DNA of 64,000 bases from Patescibacteria group bacterium. GTDB taxonomy: Bacteria; Patescibacteriota; Microgenomatia; UBA10105; UBA927. The stretch lies in the NCBI GenBank assembly GCA_023379025.1, contig JAMCTH010000004.1, positions 19,740 through 83,739 on the forward strand. The letters run 5' to 3'. Under the pieces are notes generated by a model. The model ran no database searches and was not told where the DNA came from. It saw only the letters and a program-made list of their open reading frames with translations. Below are positions 34,685 through 44,408 of this stretch, in pieces (the first letter of the stretch is position 1; each line of letters starts with the position of its first letter). Position numbers and translations under genes: made by a program.

Positions 34685-35638
34685 TTATACCCTGAGGTTT
34701 TTGAGGAAACTCCGAAACTCGCCGTTCAAGTCTTTGTGTTCGAGGGCAAACTCGACGACGGTTTTGAGATACTCGAGCTTGTTGCCGGTATCATAGTATT
34801 TGCCCCCGGCTATCTCGCAGGCAATCATGCGTTTTTTGTCGGCAAGCATAAGCTTCAAGGCGTCGTTGTAGTAGAACTCTTCACCCTCGGAAAGGTTTTC
34901 GAGCGCGCGGTCGAGGTATTCAAAGATATCCGGGGTAAAAAGGTAGCCGCTCACGATCGCCGTATCCGACGGCGCGTTGTTTTTCCCCGGCTTTTCAATG
35001 ACGGTCCTGACGTCGATAAGGCCGTTCCTGATGGTTTTGCCTCCGGCAAACCCGTAGCGGGCGTAATCTTCGTCTTTGGTCGCTTTGATGCCGGCAAGGA
35101 TCGAGCAGCCGAATTCGTTATAAAGGTCGATAAGCTGCCGGAAGCGGCTCTTGGGCCGGGCCGCGATAAAATCGTCGCTGAAGGCGTAAATGAACGGCTC
35201 CTCGCCGATAAGTTCCCGGGTATTGAGAAGCGGCGTACCGTTCCCGTACGGCCCTTTCTGCCGGACGTAGATAAAGTTTGCAAGCTCGGAAATCTTCTCT
35301 ATCTCCTCAAGGAGCGGCAATTTTTTAGGGCCGCCCATCCTGAGGTTTTCGATAAGCTCCATGCTCGGGCGGTCGAAGTGGTCCTCGATCGTCCGCTTGT
35401 GATAGCCCGTGACGATCACGATGTCCTCTATCCCCGCTTCAACCAGCTCTTCCACGATGTACTGGATGATGGGCTTATCCACAATCGGGAGCATCTCCTT
35501 GGGCATGGCCTTGGTCTGCGGAAGGAACCGCGTCCCGAAACCAGCCGCCGGAATGACTGCTTTACGGATTTTCTTCGAAGATGGTTTCATAACTCTCGCT
35601 GACACCCTGATACGTTGATACTCTGACACTATCATCAC
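34685..35638 (-). CDS. galU: UTP--glucose-1-phosphate uridylyltransferase
   Basis: KAVIPAAGFGTRFLPQTKAMPKEMLPIVDKP, VIEKP, YDTGNK. Confidence 0.93.
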   Translation of the reverse strand: MMIVSEYQRIRVSARVMKPSSKKIRKAVIPAAGFGTRFLPQTKAMPKEMLPIVDKPIIQYIVEELVEAGIEDIVIVTGYHKRTIEDHFDRPSMELIENLRMGGPKKLPLLEEIEKISELANFIYVRQKGPYGNGTPLLNTRELIGEEPFIYAFSDDFIAARPKSRFRQLIDLYNEFGCSILAGIKATKDEDYARYGFAGGKTIRNGLIDVRTVIEKPGKNNAPSDTAIVSGYLFTPDIFEYLDRALENLSEGEEFYYNDALKLMLADKKRMIACEIAGGKYYDTGNKLEYLKTVVEFALEHKDLNGEFRSFLKNLRV

Positions 35639-35711
35639 GTATCAATGTGTCAATGATCTTTCGGGTCCCTTGATTGTAGCGGCGGGGAAAAGCCTTTGTC
35701 AATCTCACCCC

Positions 35712-35739
35712 TTGATTTTTGCCGTCCGCACCGTATAAT
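35712..35739 (+). promoter_or_regulatory. Sigma70-type promoter for the ncRNA/tRNA cluster
   Basis: TTGATT-16 bp-TATAAT. Confidence 0.5.
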
Positions 35740-35863
35740 AAAACCCTTCTGTCCGTTTTTCCCGTGCATGAGCGCTAGGATCTATGCTTCCCTGCGGCTC
35801 CATACGGGCCGGAAACGGATGCACATTTACAGGGCAAAACGAACAAACGAGAAGGCAATACAA

Positions 35864-36105
35864 GCTTGTGAGGTGACGCGGGAGGCGAACTTTTTCGAGC
35901 ACCGTCATGCGCCGGGACTGGACGCGGGTCCTGTCTCGGTTTTTCCCCCAAGAAAACCCACAAGGGGACCCCTTCTTGGGGGTCCCCCGAACCGAGCCAC
36001 CCGCCAGGAAGCGCCTGACGGATGCGCAAAAAAAGTTTGCCGACCAAAGCGGCGCCGATGCGTTGCCGGGAGTGAAAACGGCAAGGATATGAACTGATCA
36101 CAAAC
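35864..36105 (+). ncRNA. Candidate structured ncRNA of unknown class
   Basis: Nested complementary segments: ggcgaacttttt/aaaaagtttgcc, cgtcatgcgc/gcgcctgacg, gcgggt/acccgc, ctcggtt/aaccgag, ggggacccc/ggggtcccc, ttgccg/cggcaa. Confidence 0.5.
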
Positions 36106-36135
36106 AGTGGTCGGCTGATCTCTTTGCCGTCACAT

Positions 36136-36209
36136 TCCTCGGTAGCTCAATTGGATAGAGCAGGGGGCTGTTAACCCCTATGTTCCAGGTTCGAATCCTG
36201 GCCGAGGAG
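36136..36209 (+). tRNA. trnN: tRNA-Asn (GTT)
   Basis: Acceptor tcctcgg/ccgagga, anticodon loop ctgttaa, T-loop ttcgaat. Confidence 0.92.
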
Positions 36210-36283
36210 TAGTTCGACTGCCTCCGGTAACCCCAACAAAATAACCCGGCAAGGTATTTATTGGGCGCATCGGAGGCAGGAAT

Positions 36284-36355
36284 GCGGGAGTAGTTCAGCG
36301 GCAGAACGCGCGTCTCCAAGACGCGAGGTCCTGGGTTCGAGTCCCAGCTTCCGCT
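36284..36355 (+). tRNA. Second tRNA-Trp (CCA)-like gene, atypical
   Basis: gcgggag/cttccgc, arm cgcgt-ctccaag-acgcg, T-loop ttcgagt; G38 and U73 are unusual. Confidence 0.7.
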
Positions 36356-36383
36356 TTTTATAGTCGGTTCGTGCTGATCTTTT

Positions 36384-36457
36384 GGGGAGGAAGTTCATAT
36401 GGCTTGAACGCGAGGCTTTCAACCTCGAGCTTGCGGGTTCAAATCCCGTCCTCCCCA
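36384..36457 (+). tRNA. tRNA-Glu (TTC)-like gene, atypical
   Basis: ggggagg/cctcccc, arm cgagg-ctttcaa-cctcg, T-loop ttcaaat; A instead of invariant U8. Confidence 0.65.
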
Positions 36458-36463
36458 TTTCGT

Positions 36464-36535
36464 GCCCCCGTAGCTCAGGTGGCAGAGCACCTGCTTCTAA
36501 GCAGAAGATCGCGAGTCCGAGTCTCGCCGGCGGCG
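36464..36535 (+). tRNA. Degenerate tRNA-Arg (TCT)-like gene or pseudo-tRNA
   Basis: gcccccgtagctcag...; anticodon loop only 6 nt (ctgc-ttctaa-gcag), T-loop tccgagt, C:C mismatch in the acceptor stem. Confidence 0.5.
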
Positions 36536-36651
36536 TTCGAGGAGGTGGGTCGCAGAAACGAGTAGCCCGTAGCTTAACGAGCTTCCTAGGAGCTTACTCG
36601 CTTCTCACTCGCCTCCTCGATAATTTCGTTTGTTCGCTTGTGGTCGTACGT

Positions 36652-36725
36652 CGGGGTGTAGCGCAGCCTGGCAGCGCGGTCCGCTTGGTACGGACAGGTC
36701 GTAGGTTCAAATCCTACCGCCCCGA
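36652..36725 (+). tRNA. tRNA-Pro (TGG)-like gene
   Basis: cggggtgtagcgcagcctgg 5' end typical of Pro; arm gtccg-cttggta-cggac; U37 instead of G37. Confidence 0.75.
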
Positions 36726-36727
36726 CC

Positions 36728-36864
36728 TCGCAGGAGGTGCGATGATTCAGTCAGGGTCTTTCTGACTTCATTGTTCACCTCCTGCGACCACATCGGTGGG
36801 TTTTACGGAACAAAAAAGGGGGCTTTTGCTCATCTTCTTCTCCCTTTTCCCGTAAAACCCACCG
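36728..36864. repeat. Two long hairpins after the tRNA cluster
   Basis: tcgcaggaggtg/cacctcctgcga (36728-36787) and cggtgggttttacgg/ccgtaaaacccaccg (36794-36864). Confidence 0.7.
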
Positions 36865-37015
36865 CCCAGCACTTTATGAAAAGGTTGTGTTGATCTGGGA
36901 CCTCCGGAAATTGACCCCCACTCGCTTCTTTACTTTCCCCCGCCATTTCTGCTATGATGCCCATATCAACCCCTGGGAGGGGGTTTTTGGAAGGGAAAAA
37001 GAGTACAATACCCGT

Positions 37016-37231
37016 ATGGACACCCGAGTAGCCGGAACATCGCCATCCGTCCCGCCGGTCCAATTCATGCGGGAAGTCGTGTCAGAACTCAAAAAAGTCA
37101 CCTGGCCGACCCGTGATGAGACCGTCAAGCTGACAGTCGTCGTCATCGCCATTTCGGCAATCGTCGGGCTTTTTATCGGCGGACTCGACATCGTCATGGT
37201 CAAGCTGACCGGAATAGTGTTTAAGAAATAA
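37016..37231 (+). CDS. secE: Preprotein translocase subunit SecE
   Basis: ELKKVTWPTR motif plus TM; upstream of nusG. Confidence 0.93.
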   Translation: MDTRVAGTSPSVPPVQFMREVVSELKKVTWPTRDETVKLTVVVIAISAIVGLFIGGLDIVMVKLTGIVFKK

Positions 37232-37237
37232 CGCCCT

Positions 37238-37894
37238 ATGGCCGATACCGATCAAACCACGCCAACGCCTTCTCCGGAAACGAAATCCGGGGCGCCTCCC
37301 GCGGCCCCGAAGGCGGAAGGACCGGCTCCCGCCGCTTCTCCCCAAACGCACACGGCGGCTTCCGATGTCCCCGGCTCCAAGTGGTACGTGGTCCACACGT
37401 ACTCCGGGCATGAGAACAAAGTAGCGACGAACCTGCGCCAGCGCATCGAAACGATGAAGCTCGAGGGGCAGATTTTTGATATCGTCGTCCCGACCAGGAA
37501 CATCGTCACGGTCCGTCACGGCAAAAAAGAAGAGCTCAAGGAAAAGATTTTCCCGGGATACATCCTCGTCAAGATGATCTTAAACGACCAGACCTGGCTT
37601 GCGGTCCGGACGACCCAGGGAGTGACGGCCTTCGTCGGGGCGGGCAATAAGCCGACTCCGATTTCCGAAAAAGAAGTCGCGACGATTCTCAAGTTCATGG
37701 CCCTTGAGGCTCCGAAGTACAAGGCGACCTTCACGGTCGGTGAGGCGGTCAAGATCGTGGACGGACCGTTTGCGGACTTTCTCGGGACTATCGATAACAT
37801 CGACGAAACCAAAGGCAAGGTCAAAGTCCTCGTTTCGATCTTCGGACGGGAAACGCCGGTTGAGCTCGATTTCCTGCAGGTCAGTAAATTATAA
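37238..37894 (+). CDS. nusG: Transcription termination/antitermination factor NusG
   Basis: WYVVHTYSGHE, FPGYILV, KOW domain GPFADFLG, IFGRETPVELDF. Confidence 0.96.
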   Translation: MADTDQTTPTPSPETKSGAPPAAPKAEGPAPAASPQTHTAASDVPGSKWYVVHTYSGHENKVATNLRQRIETMKLEGQIFDIVVPTRNIVTVRHGKKEELKEKIFPGYILVKMILNDQTWLAVRTTQGVTAFVGAGNKPTPISEKEVATILKFMALEAPKYKATFTVGEAVKIVDGPFADFLGTIDNIDETKGKVKVLVSIFGRETPVELDFLQVSKL

Positions 37895-37906
37895 TCAACC
37901 ATCCGT

Positions 37907-38335
37907 ATGGCAGCCAAAAAAGTCAAAACCATCATCAAACTCAATCTTCCGGCAGGAGAAGCGACCCCCGCGCCACCGGTCGGACCGGCTCTCGGCCAGC
38001 ACGGACTCCCGATCATGGAATTCGTGAAGACGTATAACGCCAGGACGGAAAAAATGAAAGGCCAGACGATCCCGGCCGTCATCACGGTTTACGAAGACCG
38101 GACGTTTTCGTTTATCACCAAGCTTCCGCCGGTAGCCGCACTCATAAAAAAGGCGCTCGCCATCACGAAAGGAAGCGGAAAAGCCGGACGGGAATCGGCA
38201 GGGACGCTTACGAAAGAGCAGACCGAAGCAATTGCCAAAGAAAAGCTCGCGGATCTTAATACCGATGATGTTGCGGCCGGCGCCAAAATCGTAGCCGGCA
38301 CGGCACGGAGCATGGGGATTGACGTGGAAGGGTAA
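37907..38335 (+). CDS. rplK: 50S ribosomal protein L11
   Basis: [25 protein letters not shown]. Confidence 0.97.
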   Translation: MAAKKVKTIIKLNLPAGEATPAPPVGPALGQHGLPIMEFVKTYNARTEKMKGQTIPAVITVYEDRTFSFITKLPPVAALIKKALAITKGSGKAGRESAGTLTKEQTEAIAKEKLADLNTDDVAAGAKIVAGTARSMGIDVEG

Positions 38336-38339
38336 TCAT

Positions 38340-39194
38340 ATGGGAAAAATCAGAGTCGCAAAATTAGGGGACGCGGAAGAAACCGAGCTCAAACGCCGGG
38401 CGGATGCACGCCGCCAGACCAAAAAGTCCAAAAAAGCCAAAGTAGAAGGCGTAGGTCTCCACGGCGGAGAGCGCGTTTCGGTGGTAGAGGGGACGGATAT
38501 AAAGCCGGAATTCAAAAAACTCGCCGAAGAAGTGGAAGAAGGTGCCGGAGAGAAAACGGAAAAGGCGAAAAAAAAGAAAACCTCCAAAACAAAAGTCCGG
38601 TCCAAACGCTACCGGGAAGCACTGCACCGCATTGACCGGACCAAGCTCTATGAGATGAGCGATGCGGTCGCGCTCGTCAAGGAAACCAGTCTCACGAAAT
38701 TTGACGGCACCGTAGAGCTTCATGTAAATCTCAATACGGGAACTATCGGCGAGAAAAAAGATTTCCGCGGATCCGTCCGGCTGCCCCACGCTACCGGCAA
38801 AACCGTACGCGTTGCCATAGCCGATGACGCCATCCTCGAAAAAATTCAGGCCGGAAAACTCGAGTTTGACGTTCTCGTCGCCCACCCATCCATGATGCCG
38901 AAGCTTGCGAGAGTCGCCAAAATTCTGGGCCCCCGGGGCCTCATGCCCAACCCCAAAAACGGCACGGTATCGCCTGACCCGGAAAAACGCGCCAAGGAAC
39001 TGTCTGCCGGCGAGGTCAATTTCAAATCAGAGCCCGGCCAGCCGATCCTGCACCTGACCGTCGGGAAAGTCTCGGCAAAAGATACGGAACTTCTTGAAAA
39101 TATCGCGGCGTACCTTGATGCCATCGGACGCAGTAAAATCCTCCGCGCCACCCTCTCGGCCACCATGGGACCGGGCATCCGGCTCCGGCTCTGA
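38340..39194 (+). CDS. rplA: 50S ribosomal protein L1 with a Lys-rich N-terminal extension
   Basis: KFDGTVE, LGPRGLMPNPKNGTV, ATMGPG. Confidence 0.95.
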   Translation: MGKIRVAKLGDAEETELKRRADARRQTKKSKKAKVEGVGLHGGERVSVVEGTDIKPEFKKLAEEVEEGAGEKTEKAKKKKTSKTKVRSKRYREALHRIDRTKLYEMSDAVALVKETSLTKFDGTVELHVNLNTGTIGEKKDFRGSVRLPHATGKTVRVAIADDAILEKIQAGKLEFDVLVAHPSMMPKLARVAKILGPRGLMPNPKNGTVSPDPEKRAKELSAGEVNFKSEPGQPILHLTVGKVSAKDTELLENIAAYLDAIGRSKILRATLSATMGPGIRLRL

Positions 39195-39336
39195 GCAACC
39201 GAGTAATCAACCCGGCGGGTTTTTTACGTTTAAACCTTTGGGATATCTGCACGGAAACGAGGCGGCACCCCGTCAGGAATCCGGTAGGGCTCCCGTGACA
39301 GATACCGGTTCCCCGATCTCTGCTATACTATGGCCC

Positions 39337-40155
39337 ATGTTGTGGACAGAATTGGATTCAGCACAGGAAATACCGCTGTACGGAGAGGTCAGCGAATTTG
39401 CCGCCACTCTTGAAGAGCGGTCTTTGCCAATCCGGCACGAAAGAGCGATCGCATTCGGCAACTGGGCCGCAGTTCAGGGAGACTATCCGGAGGGAGCTCT
39501 TATCCGGCTCGCACAGGGCCTTACCTACATCAAGAGAGTCCAGACGGAGGAAGCATTTCGTGTTCTAAGCGCACGTTTTACAGAAGACTTTTCTGGGAAT
39601 CTGACGTACTCGCAACTGTTTTATCCGGGCGGAGAGAGCGAACACTGGATGTATGAAGCACTTCTCCAACAAACTTCCATAGGGCAAGCCGATTGCCGCG
39701 TCGCCATCTCTGAAGCAAAGCGGCTCCCCATGAGTATGGCCCAAGAACTCAACCTCGTCCTTTTTGACACGTGGGTAGTAAGCGGAAGGAAGCTCAACAA
39801 GTTATTTGACCAACTCAACGTACCATTCCGGATCTATATATTGTTTCTCAATACCAGCGCCGGTATCACGGTGTCGGAGCGGACGCCGTTTTTTGCAGCA
39901 GACACATTTTCTGCTCCTATGGCCCGCGAAGTTATTGGCACAGACGATCTTCTCTTCTGGAATACGTTAGGAATGGAAAATAAAGCCGATATAGAATTCG
40001 CGTACAACGCAAACGTCGTAGACTTCTTCGCCCCGCTTCAGGCAGCGCATCCTATTGACCACCTCGTTTGGTCTGACTGGCGTGTACCGGACAATATGCC
40101 TGCTGTCGTCCTCTACCTCCTTGATCGGCCCGCACGACAATATCCTCACCAATGA
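39337..40155 (+). CDS. Hypothetical protein
   Basis: Long ORF; ATG 39337 lies just downstream of a TATACT box. Confidence 0.55.
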   Translation: MLWTELDSAQEIPLYGEVSEFAATLEERSLPIRHERAIAFGNWAAVQGDYPEGALIRLAQGLTYIKRVQTEEAFRVLSARFTEDFSGNLTYSQLFYPGGESEHWMYEALLQQTSIGQADCRVAISEAKRLPMSMAQELNLVLFDTWVVSGRKLNKLFDQLNVPFRIYILFLNTSAGITVSERTPFFAADTFSAPMAREVIGTDDLLFWNTLGMENKADIEFAYNANVVDFFAPLQAAHPIDHLVWSDWRVPDNMPAVVLYLLDRPARQYPHQ

Positions 40156-40236
40156 GAGAAGAGTAAAATTTTATACGAGACTTAGGGAATCGGACCGGGA
40201 ATAAAGACCGGCGAGATAATAGAAATAGAGCTTTAT

Positions 40237-40857
40237 TTAGGTCTTGATACTACGTATTGAGGATAATCTGACTACATCTCCGAAATACCGGTCGATCGTA
40301 AAAAGCGATGATTCCTGCTCGCGCCGGGTATTGGTTGCGACGCATTCGCGGGGGACGATGACACGGTATCCCTTGTGGTAGGCTGTCCGCACCGTCGACT
40401 CCACGCACCCGTTCGTCTTGACGCCGGAGACGATAAGCGTCGTTATCCCCTTTTCTTTGAGAATCGTTTCAAGTGTGGTGCATTCAAACGCATCATAACT
40501 ATGTTTAATGACAACCGTATCGCCTTTGTCGGGTACGATATCACAGAACTCGCTGCCTTTACTTCCTTCCCTGCAACACAAATGTTGCTCGCTCAGTTCC
40601 TTTTTCTCAAACATGTGCCGACCCGCTGCATTTCTATACCGCAGGCCGTCGATAAACCGGATGAATATGACGGGAAGAGTGTTTTCCCGAGCAAAGACAA
40701 TGAGCCTCCGGATAGGACCGATGACGCGGCGCATGCGGGCTACATCCTGCCCCGCTTTCCCGAGGACACCCGAGGGATCCAGAAAATCCCGCTGGAGGTC
40801 TATGAGGATAAGCGCGGTGGTCCGCGGATCTAGCCGGTGTACCCCGGTTTGTGCCAT
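40237..40857 (-). CDS. Isochorismatase-family cysteine hydrolase
   Basis: TALILIDLQRDF, KHSYDAF, GVKTNGCVESTVR. Confidence 0.9.
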   Translation of the reverse strand: MAQTGVHRLDPRTTALILIDLQRDFLDPSGVLGKAGQDVARMRRVIGPIRRLIVFARENTLPVIFIRFIDGLRYRNAAGRHMFEKKELSEQHLCCREGSKGSEFCDIVPDKGDTVVIKHSYDAFECTTLETILKEKGITTLIVSGVKTNGCVESTVRTAYHKGYRVIVPRECVATNTRREQESSLFTIDRYFGDVVRLSSIRSIKT

Positions 40858-40997
40858 ATAGGGAAAGTATAGCAGACATCGCAAAAAGAACGGTTCGTAC
40901 GCGCTTCGGGTGCGGTTGACAAACAAAACCCTATTGACTATAACGGTAAAACCCCGAAAGGGCAGACGTCTGTCGCGTATTGATCGTTGGGATTCCT

Positions 40998-41363
40998 ATG
41001 CAGCACCAAACGGAATTTTTGACGGAGGGTATTGAGTTTGAAACCCTTCATATAAATCCGTCAAACACTATTGAAGCGGTAAAAAGAGGCCAGCTCCTCA
41101 TGCTTCTTGGACAGGAGACGTTCATCGTTATCACCGCTCCGGATACGTACCAAACGGCGGCAACATGGCTCGGCGGCCCGGATATGCTGTCGGAAGTAAT
41201 CCAAAATGCCTATGAGATGCTTGCGGCACATCACGGATCGAAGGATGAGATGCAGAATACGCTCATGCCCTTCGGAGTAACCGCAATCCCCTACGGCGAC
41301 ATTCCGCGGGATGTCCTCTTCCGGCTCTTCCCGGAACTGGCCGGCATGGAACGGGATGACTGA
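40998..41363 (+). CDS. Hypothetical protein
   Basis: ORF with protein-like composition, no motif. Confidence 0.5.
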   Translation: MQHQTEFLTEGIEFETLHINPSNTIEAVKRGQLLMLLGQETFIVITAPDTYQTAATWLGGPDMLSEVIQNAYEMLAAHHGSKDEMQNTLMPFGVTAIPYGDIPRDVLFRLFPELAGMERDD

Positions 41364-41423
41364 CAGCCGCGGGAGAACCCGGGTGTTGCACGTGCAGAAC
41401 TATTCTGCTAGTATTACCGTTAT

Positions 41424-41468
41424 CCTTAAGACCGTAGGTTGAGCGAAGCGACATAAATCCTACCGAGG
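41424..41468 (+). promoter_or_regulatory. Ribosomal protein L10 leader (autoregulatory RNA)
   Basis: ccttaagaccgtaggt...taaatcctaccgagg matches the L10 leader pattern, upstream of rplJ. Confidence 0.8.
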
Positions 41469-41547
41469 GACAAAAAAATCGTCAGTTCGTTCGTTACTTC
41501 GTACATTCGGATAACGAAACACGAAAAGGCGAACTGACTTTTTTTGT

Positions 41548-41577
41548 ACCCCCGCTTATGGCGGGGTTTTTTATTTC
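41548..41577 (+). terminator. Intrinsic terminator/attenuator in the rplJ leader
   Basis: ccccgc-ttatg-gcgggg followed by a T-run. Confidence 0.7.
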
Positions 41578-41602
41578 TCATTAGCATTTGATAATTTTAT
41601 TT

Positions 41603-42115
41603 ATGGCTACCCAGAAGAAAATAGACACCATAACCAGGCTGACCGGCAAAATCGGCCGTGCAAAGGCCATGGTATTCACCGACTACCGCGGTCTCAAGCA
41701 TAAGCAACTTGAGGAACTGCGCCGCACACTCAAAAAAACCGAGGGGGAATTCGTGGTTGCCAAAAACAGGCTGATCATCCGCGCGCTCGGGGAAAAGGGA
41801 GAAGGGGTCAAGCCATCCCTTTCCGATACGACCGCCATCCTGTTTGCGTATGCGGACGAGGTGGCGCCCCTCAAAGCACTCATGAAATTCATGAAAGACG
41901 CGGGACTTGGGAAAACCAAAGCCGGCATCCTGGGAAACGACGTACTCGCCGAGGCAGACGTCACGCGCCTTGCTGCCCTCCCCAGCCGGGAAATGCTCCT
42001 CGGTCAACTGGTCGGACAGCTCAATGCCCCGATCCAGGGGCTCCACTATGCGCTGAGTTGGAATATCAACAAGCTGGTCTGGGCACTCAATAGTATAAAA
42101 AATTCGAAATCCTAA
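41603..42115 (+). CDS. rplJ: 50S ribosomal protein L10
   Basis: DYRGL, VAKNRL, LAALPSRE; upstream of rplL. Confidence 0.95.
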   Translation: MATQKKIDTITRLTGKIGRAKAMVFTDYRGLKHKQLEELRRTLKKTEGEFVVAKNRLIIRALGEKGEGVKPSLSDTTAILFAYADEVAPLKALMKFMKDAGLGKTKAGILGNDVLAEADVTRLAALPSREMLLGQLVGQLNAPIQGLHYALSWNINKLVWALNSIKNSKS

Positions 42116-42245
42116 GTACGAAATACGAAATAAATTCAAAATAGTCAATTCGGAATAAAATATTTATTTTTTTGCATTAGAATTTTGAAATTATTTCGGA
42201 TTTATAAATTCGAATTTCCGATGAATTTACTGAAGGGAGGTGTAT

Positions 42246-42638
42246 ATGGCAAAATTAACCAAAGATGAAATTCTTAAAGCAGTTGAGGACATGTCCGTTC
42301 TTGAGCTTTCCGATCTCGTGAAGGCCCTTGAGGAAAAATTCGGCGTTTCCGCGGCACCGGTCGCGGTTGCGGCAGCAGGTGCGGCAACAGGGGCAGCTGA
42401 CGGCGGAGAACCGAAGGAAGAGCAGACCATCTTCAACGTCGTCCTTGCGGCAACCGGAGACAACAAAATCGGCGTCATCAAGGCGGTCCGTGAGCTCGTC
42501 CCGACCCTGGGACTTCAGGAAGCCAAGGCACTTGCTGAATCCGCGCCCAAAGACGTTCTAACCGGCGTCAATAAAGCCGCGGCAGAGGAAGCCAAGAAAA
42601 AGTTAGAGGCCGCCGGGGCAAAAGTCGAACTCAAGTGA
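42246..42638 (+). CDS. rplL: 50S ribosomal protein L7/L12
   Basis: [31 protein letters not shown]; RBS ggaggtg. Confidence 0.97.
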   Translation: MAKLTKDEILKAVEDMSVLELSDLVKALEEKFGVSAAPVAVAAAGAATGAADGGEPKEEQTIFNVVLAATGDNKIGVIKAVRELVPTLGLQEAKALAESAPKDVLTGVNKAAAEEAKKKLEAAGAKVELK

Positions 42639-42709
42639 TATTGATTAAGGGTCCGACCCTGAAGCCTATAATTAGGCTCCGGCTGCACTTCATGCTATAC
42701 TTCCCCCAT

Positions 42710-43312
42710 ATGGACTGGCCTGAAACCGAAGAAACGCCGGTCGGAGGCGAGTGTTTTGTGCCTGCCTACCTTTCGCCCGGACAGAATATCCTCGACCAGC
42801 CGCCCTATAGTTGGGTTGAAACTGTTCTGGAGCTGCCGAAGGATTATTTCGTGGACGATACGCACGGGTATACTCTCCTCCTCCGTGCTGTCGCCTACCG
42901 CGAAGCAGAACGTGCCAGAATGCCCGCGTCCGGGTGGTGGAAGCTGAGCGCGCTTACGTATCACATACAGAGCCGTTACCGGTCAACCGTCTCGTTAACG
43001 GCACAACGGACGTATGACTGGCTCGCACGCAATTACCCGGGATCGGCAGAATATCTCTACCTCTATTGGGCATCCCAGGAACAGGACTGGACCGAACGGG
43101 GCGAACCTACCGGCAGAAGAAACGATCCCGTTTTATCCTACGCTGGCTGGGCCGGCCGGCAGCAGGGGCTCCGGGCGGGGCTTCTCGAAGCCGGGATCTA
43201 TGAAACGGCGCCGGACTCATTTTCAACCCCGGATGATATCGCCTCTTCCCTTCCTCCCAAAGGCGAAGTAAACCGCCGGTTCCGCATGCTCCACTCCGGA
43301 GCACTTGATTAA
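42710..43312 (+). CDS. Hypothetical protein, paralog of the next gene
   Basis: Shares QPPxxW, YPxxxEYLxLxWxSQ, YAxxAxxQQ and NRxFRxL with 43368-44012. Confidence 0.65.
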   Translation: MDWPETEETPVGGECFVPAYLSPGQNILDQPPYSWVETVLELPKDYFVDDTHGYTLLLRAVAYREAERARMPASGWWKLSALTYHIQSRYRSTVSLTAQRTYDWLARNYPGSAEYLYLYWASQEQDWTERGEPTGRRNDPVLSYAGWAGRQQGLRAGLLEAGIYETAPDSFSTPDDIASSLPPKGEVNRRFRMLHSGALD

Positions 43313-43367
43313 TTGCAGGGAGGCTCCTTGAAACGTTCACGTTTTAGGCGGAAAATGCTATCATGAC

Positions 43368-44012
43368 ATGCCCGCGTCAACCATGACCACAGGAAGAGAA
43401 TCCGTACAACCCGGAGAGGAAATCTGGGTGGCTGAGTATCTTCCTCGCGATGAACCGGTCACGAACCAGCCCCCGATGACCTGGATCCTGGAAACCGATG
43501 AACTCGTGCCGTCGGACCTCTTCTCGGATTACCTGCGGGAAGAGGGCGAAGGGAGATTATTTTGGGCTGTGGCACGCACCACACTGCCGGGTTTTTCCGT
43601 GTGGGATACGGAAAAAGAACGCCGCTATGCACGAGGACTCATACAGTGTTTTTCCCGGGAATTTCGCAATGTGGCTACGGGGATCTATATCCTCAACCGG
43701 GTAACGGATCATGTCCGCACGTATTATCCCTATTTGCCTGAGTATCTGATGCTCAACTGGGTCTCGCAGCCGTATTTCAACAAAGACGGACACCGCCGGC
43801 TCGGCTCGGAGCCGGCCCATATCAAAACATATGCCGCCTTTGCCGCGCAACAACAGTCCATGGATGCGCGGAGCAGGTTTATCGGCCTGGGCGACGTACT
43901 TCCCAGAACCTACGCGGCGGCAGACGACGTCAGAGAGGCTGTCGACGCATCCGGAAAACCCCGGGAAAACCGGTTCTTCCGCCTCGTACGGTCTTCCGAA
44001 GCAATGCAATAA
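43368..44012 (+). CDS. Hypothetical protein, paralog of the previous gene
   Basis: Shared motifs as above. Confidence 0.65.
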   Translation: MPASTMTTGRESVQPGEEIWVAEYLPRDEPVTNQPPMTWILETDELVPSDLFSDYLREEGEGRLFWAVARTTLPGFSVWDTEKERRYARGLIQCFSREFRNVATGIYILNRVTDHVRTYYPYLPEYLMLNWVSQPYFNKDGHRRLGSEPAHIKTYAAFAAQQQSMDARSRFIGLGDVLPRTYAAADDVREAVDASGKPRENRFFRLVRSSEAMQ

Positions 44013-44093
44013 CGGTAACCAAGCCATCCGTCCAGTTCCAACGGCCTGGCCTCATCTTGACAAACACCTCACCCCCACAGTACAGTACCCTCG

Positions 44094-44408
44094 ATGGATG
44101 AAACGGAAGAAACCCTGCATTACGACGAATACGGTTCTCTCTTTGGAGACATTACGGAGTGGATCACCCATGAATTGGCCGAAGGCGCCGTCTCCTTTGC
44201 CGAGCTTGTGGGATCAATAGAACTGGCGAAGTATGCGGCCCCCCACACAGCGCTTCCCCCGGTGGAACTGGACGCCATTATGGGAAGAATCATCCTCAAC
44301 GCGGCGCAAACCGCTTTTTCGGAAGGAAACACTCCGCGGGGCGACGCACTCCTTCATGAATGGCTCATGACCTACAGCGGAAGCTCAGTGCTCCCGCACG
44401 CGGAATAG
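44094..44408 (+). CDS. Hypothetical acidic protein
   Basis: 104-aa ORF with an upstream TTGACA. Confidence 0.5.
   Translation: MDETEETLHYDEYGSLFGDITEWITHELAEGAVSFAELVGSIELAKYAAPHTALPPVELDAIMGRIILNAAQTAFSEGNTPRGDALLHEWLMTYSGSSVLPHAE

Noticed and set aside
34736-35602. Long antisense ORFs (also 45763-46818, 56110-57459, 60187-61089 and many inside the giant gene)
   Set aside because: Shadow frames opposite well-supported genes in GC-rich DNA; no motifs.
1356-36355. Alternative genetic code implied by two tRNA-Trp genes
   Set aside because: Both have CCA anticodons, and TGA terminates conserved genes such as rplA and rplL.
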